DNA of 64,000 nucleotides, from the IMG/VR virus record IMGVR_UViG_3300025009_000092, one strand, 5' to 3'. The translations under genes were made by a program, and so were the position numbers. The notes under the pieces are model-generated. The model ran no database searches. It had not been told where the DNA came from and saw only the letters and a list, made by a program, of their open reading frames with translations. Below, one piece after another: positions 59,354 through 64,000 of the stretch; position 1 is the stretch's first letter, and each line of letters begins with the position of its first letter. Source of the stretch: an uncultured virus (IMG/VR IMGVR_UViG_3300025009_000092). Its lineage: Duplodnaviria; Heunggongvirae; Uroviricota; Caudoviricetes.

Positions 59354-59381
59354 GCCCCATACCTTCCAAGGTTGGGGCTTT
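59354..59381 (+). terminator. intrinsic terminator closing the ncRNA region
   Basis: GCCCCA...TGGGGC-TTTT. Confidence 0.55.
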
Positions 59382-59770
59382 TGTGGTAAAAACAAAATCA
59401 CTTCAAAATTCATAAGGAGACCAAAGTGAAAGACGATGATTGTACCCCTCTTGATGGAATGGTATGGTGGGCAAAATGTTTTTGGTTCGTATATCTCACT
59501 TTGTCAACGACTATTATAGTTTGTGGAATAATTTATTTAAAACAACTTATCTGGGGATAAAATGAACGTAAATACGAATCATTTAGTGAATGTTGAATAT
59601 GATGCTCCAGCACCAGAAGGATATGATTTATTGCCAGGAGGATTGAATCGTGCTGCCCGGAGGAAATTGGGCAAAGATAATAGTGCTTATGTCAGCAAAA
59701 CCTCCGGTGGAAAATTATCTCGATGGGCAGCTAAACAAAGAAAAATCAAAAATGGAATAAACAAGAAATC

Positions 59771-60217
59771 ATGAAAATCTGTTCTGATAAATGCCCATTA
59801 GATGATTGTTGTGAAGGGGCTTGTTTTCATCCGGAGATGAGGATCGATGCCCCTGGTGAAATTGGAATGAATACCCCTGAACCTCCACCAATCAAAAATA
59901 ATCATCCAGCCGTCTGGGATCTGGTTCAAAAGGACATGGAAGAACGGGATGAGATTGGTAAGCAGAAGTATAATACCCGGCTGCAGCCTTTCAATGGCCG
60001 AGATCCTCTGGTGGATGCATATCAGGAAGTTCTGGATTTGGCGGTATATTTGCGCCAGGCTATTTATGAGCGGGACTACCCAAAATGTATGGTTTGCGGG
60101 AAACCAGCAACAAACTTTAGCAGGGATGTTCGAGAACTCCCGCCGGATGAAAGCGGATTTAAAACTATTGTTCCGGGTTTAATAAACGCCGGTTGTAATG
60201 ATCATCCTGTTGATTAA
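59771..60217 (+). CDS. phage protein, possible all-alpha nucleotide pyrophosphohydrolase
   Basis: R..IGKQKY...DAYQEVLDLAVY. Confidence 0.45.
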   Translation: MKICSDKCPLDDCCEGACFHPEMRIDAPGEIGMNTPEPPPIKNNHPAVWDLVQKDMEERDEIGKQKYNTRLQPFNGRDPLVDAYQEVLDLAVYLRQAIYERDYPKCMVCGKPATNFSRDVRELPPDESGFKTIVPGLINAGCNDHPVD

Positions 60218-60231
60218 AAAAAGGGAAAGCC

Positions 60232-61101
60232 ATGAAAATAATCAAACCAAGCGTTCAGTTTTTCGGAACAGTACCGACAGAATACAATGCCGCCCTCAAG
60301 TTCATTGAGATGGCCGGCAGAACTTGTTATAAGTCAGAAGACAAGATCACTGAAGATAGCGCAGAAGGATTTGTTAAGAAATTGATCAAGGCTGGGCATC
60401 TGGCTATGGTTGAACATTCGAATTTTGTAGTGAAAATACGTAATGTTGAGTGCGATTGGGAATCAATAGACTTACCAAATAAATATCTCAATGGCCTTGA
60501 AGATACGGTGACCGATTGCGCTTATGTTGGTGGTAATTTGACCGCTTGGTTCAATGCTGTAACTTTAGAAGGCTTCTCCCCAATATTTGACCCATTCTGC
60601 GAATTATATGATGAATTATTCAACTTAGGTTTTACCGAAGGCGGCACTGATCATTGGCAACCCTGCCCTCACGACGAAATTCCCAAAGAACTCCACAGAT
60701 ACAGTGCCAAGATCATCTGTGATCGCGGAGTCAGTCATGAGTTGGTGCGTCACCGACCTTGTTCTTTTGCACAAGAAAGTACTAGGTATGTGAATTACGG
60801 CGGCAAGGATATGGAATTTATTGAGCCGGCTTACCCTAGTGAGTGGAATTTTTCTGCATACAGAGCTTTTGATAGAGTCTGTAAAGATGCAGAATACTAC
60901 TACAACTTGCTACTTGATAATGGTCTCAACCCACAACAAGCCCGAGCAGTCCTGCCTAATGCTCTTAAGACCGAGATTGTGGTTACGGCCGATGCAGCCG
61001 AGTGGTCACATATCAGAAAGCTACGAACAGCTAAGTCGGCTCATCCTGATATGCAGCGAGTTATGAACATGATGCCTTGGGAGGAGTTTTTGAATGATTG
61101 A
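60232..61101 (+). CDS. thyX: FAD-dependent thymidylate synthase
   Basis: AGRTCYKS, GHLAMVEH, SHELVRHR..SFAQESTRY, ARAVLPN. Confidence 0.93.
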   Translation: MKIIKPSVQFFGTVPTEYNAALKFIEMAGRTCYKSEDKITEDSAEGFVKKLIKAGHLAMVEHSNFVVKIRNVECDWESIDLPNKYLNGLEDTVTDCAYVGGNLTAWFNAVTLEGFSPIFDPFCELYDELFNLGFTEGGTDHWQPCPHDEIPKELHRYSAKIICDRGVSHELVRHRPCSFAQESTRYVNYGGKDMEFIEPAYPSEWNFSAYRAFDRVCKDAEYYYNLLLDNGLNPQQARAVLPNALKTEIVVTADAAEWSHIRKLRTAKSAHPDMQRVMNMMPWEEFLND

Positions 61102-61711
61102 TCTGAAACAGAAAGAACTAAAGGAATGGCAAGAGCGAAACTTTCCCCGCTCCCGATATGAAGCAATGACCAAGGACCAACTTATTGATATGATCCTTGC
61201 CATGCAGTTTACCCTTGGAATGGCCGAAGAGGTTGGTGAAGTAGCGTACCATATCCTGAAAGGAATCCAGGCAATCAGGGGCGGGATTAATGGGTTCAAT
61301 ATTAATCAGATTGCCGATGGAGTAGTCGATTCTGGGGTATTTGGTCAGCAACTTCTTTCGCACTTTGGTGTTGATTCAGAAAAAGAAACTTCCAAGGTTA
61401 TCGATGAAGTGTTGAAGCGGGATTGGAAAGAAGATCCGAGCGGGGGAAATATGGGGGTGCCAATTCAACAAATTTCAAATGATAAATTGGTCGAAGTTTG
61501 TGATAAATGCTCCAGGGCTTGTTGTTGGTATGGGGAGTTTATGTGCGATGATGCGTATGGCGCTGGGACTAAAATATTAGCCATTTCTGAATTAAAAAAA
61601 CTGGAGAATGAAAATGAACATTATTGGTCGGATGAATATATGATCAAAATATTTGGTGAGCCGGCTCCGTTTGGATACAAGAAGGAAATGACCCGGCGTA
61701 TTCCGGTTTGA
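61094..61711 (+). CDS. MazG-like NTP pyrophosphohydrolase with a Cys-rich C-terminal extension
   Basis: LGMAEEVGEVA...IADGVVD. Confidence 0.7.
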   Translation: MIDLKQKELKEWQERNFPRSRYEAMTKDQLIDMILAMQFTLGMAEEVGEVAYHILKGIQAIRGGINGFNINQIADGVVDSGVFGQQLLSHFGVDSEKETSKVIDEVLKRDWKEDPSGGNMGVPIQQISNDKLVEVCDKCSRACCWYGEFMCDDAYGAGTKILAISELKKLENENEHYWSDEYMIKIFGEPAPFGYKKEMTRRIPV

Positions 61712-61714
61712 TTA

Positions 61715-63247
61715 ATGAGTTCCCAATTCATCGAACGCCGCATTGCCATCGGCCTCATTACCAACGACCAATACCTGCGGGAAATAGCCCCCGTATTTAA
61801 TGCCGATCTCCTCAAGGATGAAGCGGCAAAAAAGATTGCCTCCTGGTGCATCCGCTATTTCAATAAGCACGGAAAAGCACCCCTGGAAGATATCGGGATC
61901 ATCTTCGAATCATATACCAGGAGGGGGAAACTCAATCAGGAAGAATCGGAGGATATTGGTAGCATCCTTGACGACCTCAGTGATGAATATCAAACCCAGG
62001 CCGAGAACAACCCGGAGGTCCTGATTGACGAAACTTTCGCATACTTCGATGAAAACAGGCTAGTTCGCCTGGCGGATGATATCAAGGCCGAGGCCCAGCG
62101 GGGGAACCTGTTAGAGGCCAATGTACTGCTTGCTACTAATAAGCAAATTCAACGGGCGGTAAATATAAACCATGACTTCTTCGCCGATGATATTACCAGG
62201 ACGCAAAAAATATTTGAAGACATCCAGGAGCCAATTGTCGAATACCCTGGTAAGCTCGGGCAACTCTGGAACCGGCATTTCGTTCGTGGAGGTTTTGTTG
62301 GATTACTCGGCCCTGAAAAAACTGGAAAAACATGGTGGCTGGCAGACATTGGATTCCAGGCCCAACGAACCGGTAAAAAAGTAGCCTTCTTTGCGGCCGG
62401 GGATATGAACCGGGAGGAAATGGAACTCCGGAAATATATCTATATGGCCAGGAAATCCAACGAACTTGAATATTGCGGGCAATTGATGATCCCGGTGGTT
62501 GATTGTTTCTGGAATCAGAATGGTCAATGTCCGGCTGGTTGCGGTGAATCGCCAATCCGGGGAGATAAACCACCGGCCTTCAAGGATCTCCAACAAGTTT
62601 ATAGCGATGCTTTTGAACAATATGGAAGTGACCATACCCCATGCACCAAATGCCAGGGCAAAAAAGAATTCCTAGGTGCCCCATGGTTCAAGCTCCGAGA
62701 TAAAATAGTCCCCCTGAACTGGAAAGAGGCATATAATATTGAGCGAAAATTCCAAAAACGATTTCGTGGGGCTGGTTGGAACTTTGCCGATTATCCGGCT
62801 TATACCCTCAGTCCGAAAATGATTGATAATCAATTGGCCATCTGGCACGAAGGCGGCTTTACAGCCGATGTTGTGTTGATTGATTATCCGGATATCATGG
62901 CCCCAGACCTGGAAGACCAGCGAATGGATTTCCGGCAGAAAGAGAATATGAAGTGGTTGAAGATCCGGGCGTTGGCCCATAAGTGGCATTGCCTCGTTGT
63001 TTGCCCTACACAAGCCGATGGAGCCAGTTATGGCAAGGACTGGCTGGATCTCTCCAACTACAGCGAGGATAAGCGAAAGTACAGCCATACAACGGCCTTC
63101 TTTGGTCTCAATCAAACCGATGGGGAAGCCGAGTTGGGGCTATTCAGGATTAATCAATTAATTGTTCGAAGTGGAAAGCGAGGAAAGAAGTATGCAACTA
63201 TTTGCCAGCGGCTCGAAATGGGTCGGCCATTTCTAGGATCATATTAA
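61715..63247 (+). CDS. replicative DnaB-like (SF4) helicase with a Cys-rich insertion
   Basis: GPEKTGKT, VLIDYPD, PTQA, SEDKRK. Confidence 0.75.
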   Translation: MSSQFIERRIAIGLITNDQYLREIAPVFNADLLKDEAAKKIASWCIRYFNKHGKAPLEDIGIIFESYTRRGKLNQEESEDIGSILDDLSDEYQTQAENNPEVLIDETFAYFDENRLVRLADDIKAEAQRGNLLEANVLLATNKQIQRAVNINHDFFADDITRTQKIFEDIQEPIVEYPGKLGQLWNRHFVRGGFVGLLGPEKTGKTWWLADIGFQAQRTGKKVAFFAAGDMNREEMELRKYIYMARKSNELEYCGQLMIPVVDCFWNQNGQCPAGCGESPIRGDKPPAFKDLQQVYSDAFEQYGSDHTPCTKCQGKKEFLGAPWFKLRDKIVPLNWKEAYNIERKFQKRFRGAGWNFADYPAYTLSPKMIDNQLAIWHEGGFTADVVLIDYPDIMAPDLEDQRMDFRQKENMKWLKIRALAHKWHCLVVCPTQADGASYGKDWLDLSNYSEDKRKYSHTTAFFGLNQTDGEAELGLFRINQLIVRSGKRGKKYATICQRLEMGRPFLGSY

Positions 63248-63258
63248 AAGGAGAGGAT

Positions 63259-63633
63259 ATGTCAATCACAGTAACCAAGAAGTTTAGTTTTTGTTATGCT
63301 CACCACTTGCCGGAGTATGATGGAGACTGCTCCCGTGTTCATGGCCACAATAGTGCCGTTGAGGTCGAATTCACCAATGAGTATGGTCAGCTGCCAAGAC
63401 CATATCCGGGCATGGTAGTCGACTTCAAGGATATCAAGAAAATTGTCGGGCCGATTATTGATCAGCTTGATCATCGGTATTTGAATGATATTCTTGACCC
63501 CTTTAATCCCACCGCCGAGACCATTGCAAATTGGATTGCCGGCCGGATAATGGAGACCCCACTTGGTCCGGGATTGATCAGGGTGCAGGTTTCGGAAACT
63601 GACGATTCTTTTGCCACCTGGAGAAAAGCATGA
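63259..63633 (+). CDS. queD: 6-carboxy-5,6,7,8-tetrahydropterin synthase
   Basis: AHHL..Y.GDCSRVHGHN, GMVVDF, LDHRYLN, NPTAE, VSET. Confidence 0.93.
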   Translation: MSITVTKKFSFCYAHHLPEYDGDCSRVHGHNSAVEVEFTNEYGQLPRPYPGMVVDFKDIKKIVGPIIDQLDHRYLNDILDPFNPTAETIANWIAGRIMETPLGPGLIRVQVSETDDSFATWRKA

Positions 63634-64000
63634 AAACGAAGATTAATATCATGTCAATTTTCTTTTCAATCTCCGGAGAGGTCAATATCTGGCCGCAAGG
63701 AGCCCCGACCATATTCATTCGTTTTGCTGGTTGCAATTTGGCTTGCCACTATTGCGATACCAAACAATCAATCAATGCTGCCGGTACCCAGATGACTGTC
63801 GAAGAAATAGTCGAGCAGGTCAAATCTTTTGATTGTCAGCGGGTTTTGATCACCGGCGGGGAACCCCTATTACAAAAGAATGGTCTACAGGCATTAATCA
63901 GAGAACTTGATATCCAGGGATATGTGACTAGTGTTGAAACAAATGGATCTCTTCCCCTGGATATCCTTCCTGAGCATCCGGATTGCTGGGTGGTCGATAT
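63630..64000 (+). CDS. queE: 7-carboxy-7-deazaguanine synthase (radical SAM), truncated by the window end
   Basis: Manual translation gives FFSISGE...FIRFAGCNLACHYCDT...ITGGEPLLQ...ETNGS. Confidence 0.9.
   Translation, partial: MKTKINIMSIFFSISGEVNIWPQGAPTIFIRFAGCNLACHYCDTKQSINAAGTQMTVEEIVEQVKSFDCQRVLITGGEPLLQKNGLQALIRELDIQGYVTSVETNGSLPLDILPEHPDCWVVD

Noticed and set aside
1..64000. Integrase, repressor or att sites (prophage) and alternative genetic code
   Set aside because: No integrase or host genes were recognised, and ORFs are long and tightly packed under the standard code.

Overview
The window holds most of a tailed-phage genome with siphovirus-like structural genes. Plus-strand DNA metabolism genes lie at about 1-18.7 kb and 50-64 kb, and a minus-strand packaging/head/tail/lysis operon lies at about 18.7-50 kb. 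It encodes a bacterial-type Pol III replisome (DnaE, DnaN, DnaX), T4-style recombination proteins, a lambda-style initiator and loader with iterons, ThyX and DenV. It also carries a 7-deazaguanine DNA-modification pathway (QueD and QueE at the right end, a DpdA/TGT-like gene at the left end; probably one cluster across the genome junction). The most striking signal is at 53-1788: five paralogous 'M[KR]I[YN][LF]A...[RC]L[LH]S[FY]' modules surround the DpdA-like gene, and one of them forms its N-terminus. Four modules carry simple-sequence tracts (G8, (AG)9, C9, G8), and three are currently frameshifted exactly at the tract. This looks like a phase-variable, possibly modular or split, DNA-modification system. 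Other notable items are a naturally split DnaE intein with a GIY-YIG gene between its halves, three tRNA-shaped RNAs with greatly expanded anticodon arms, two hammerhead ribozymes, a glycosyl/acetyl/sulfo-transferase cassette inside the head operon, and a MuF-ADP-ribosyltransferase fusion. All protein calls come from motifs recognised by eye, not from database searches.
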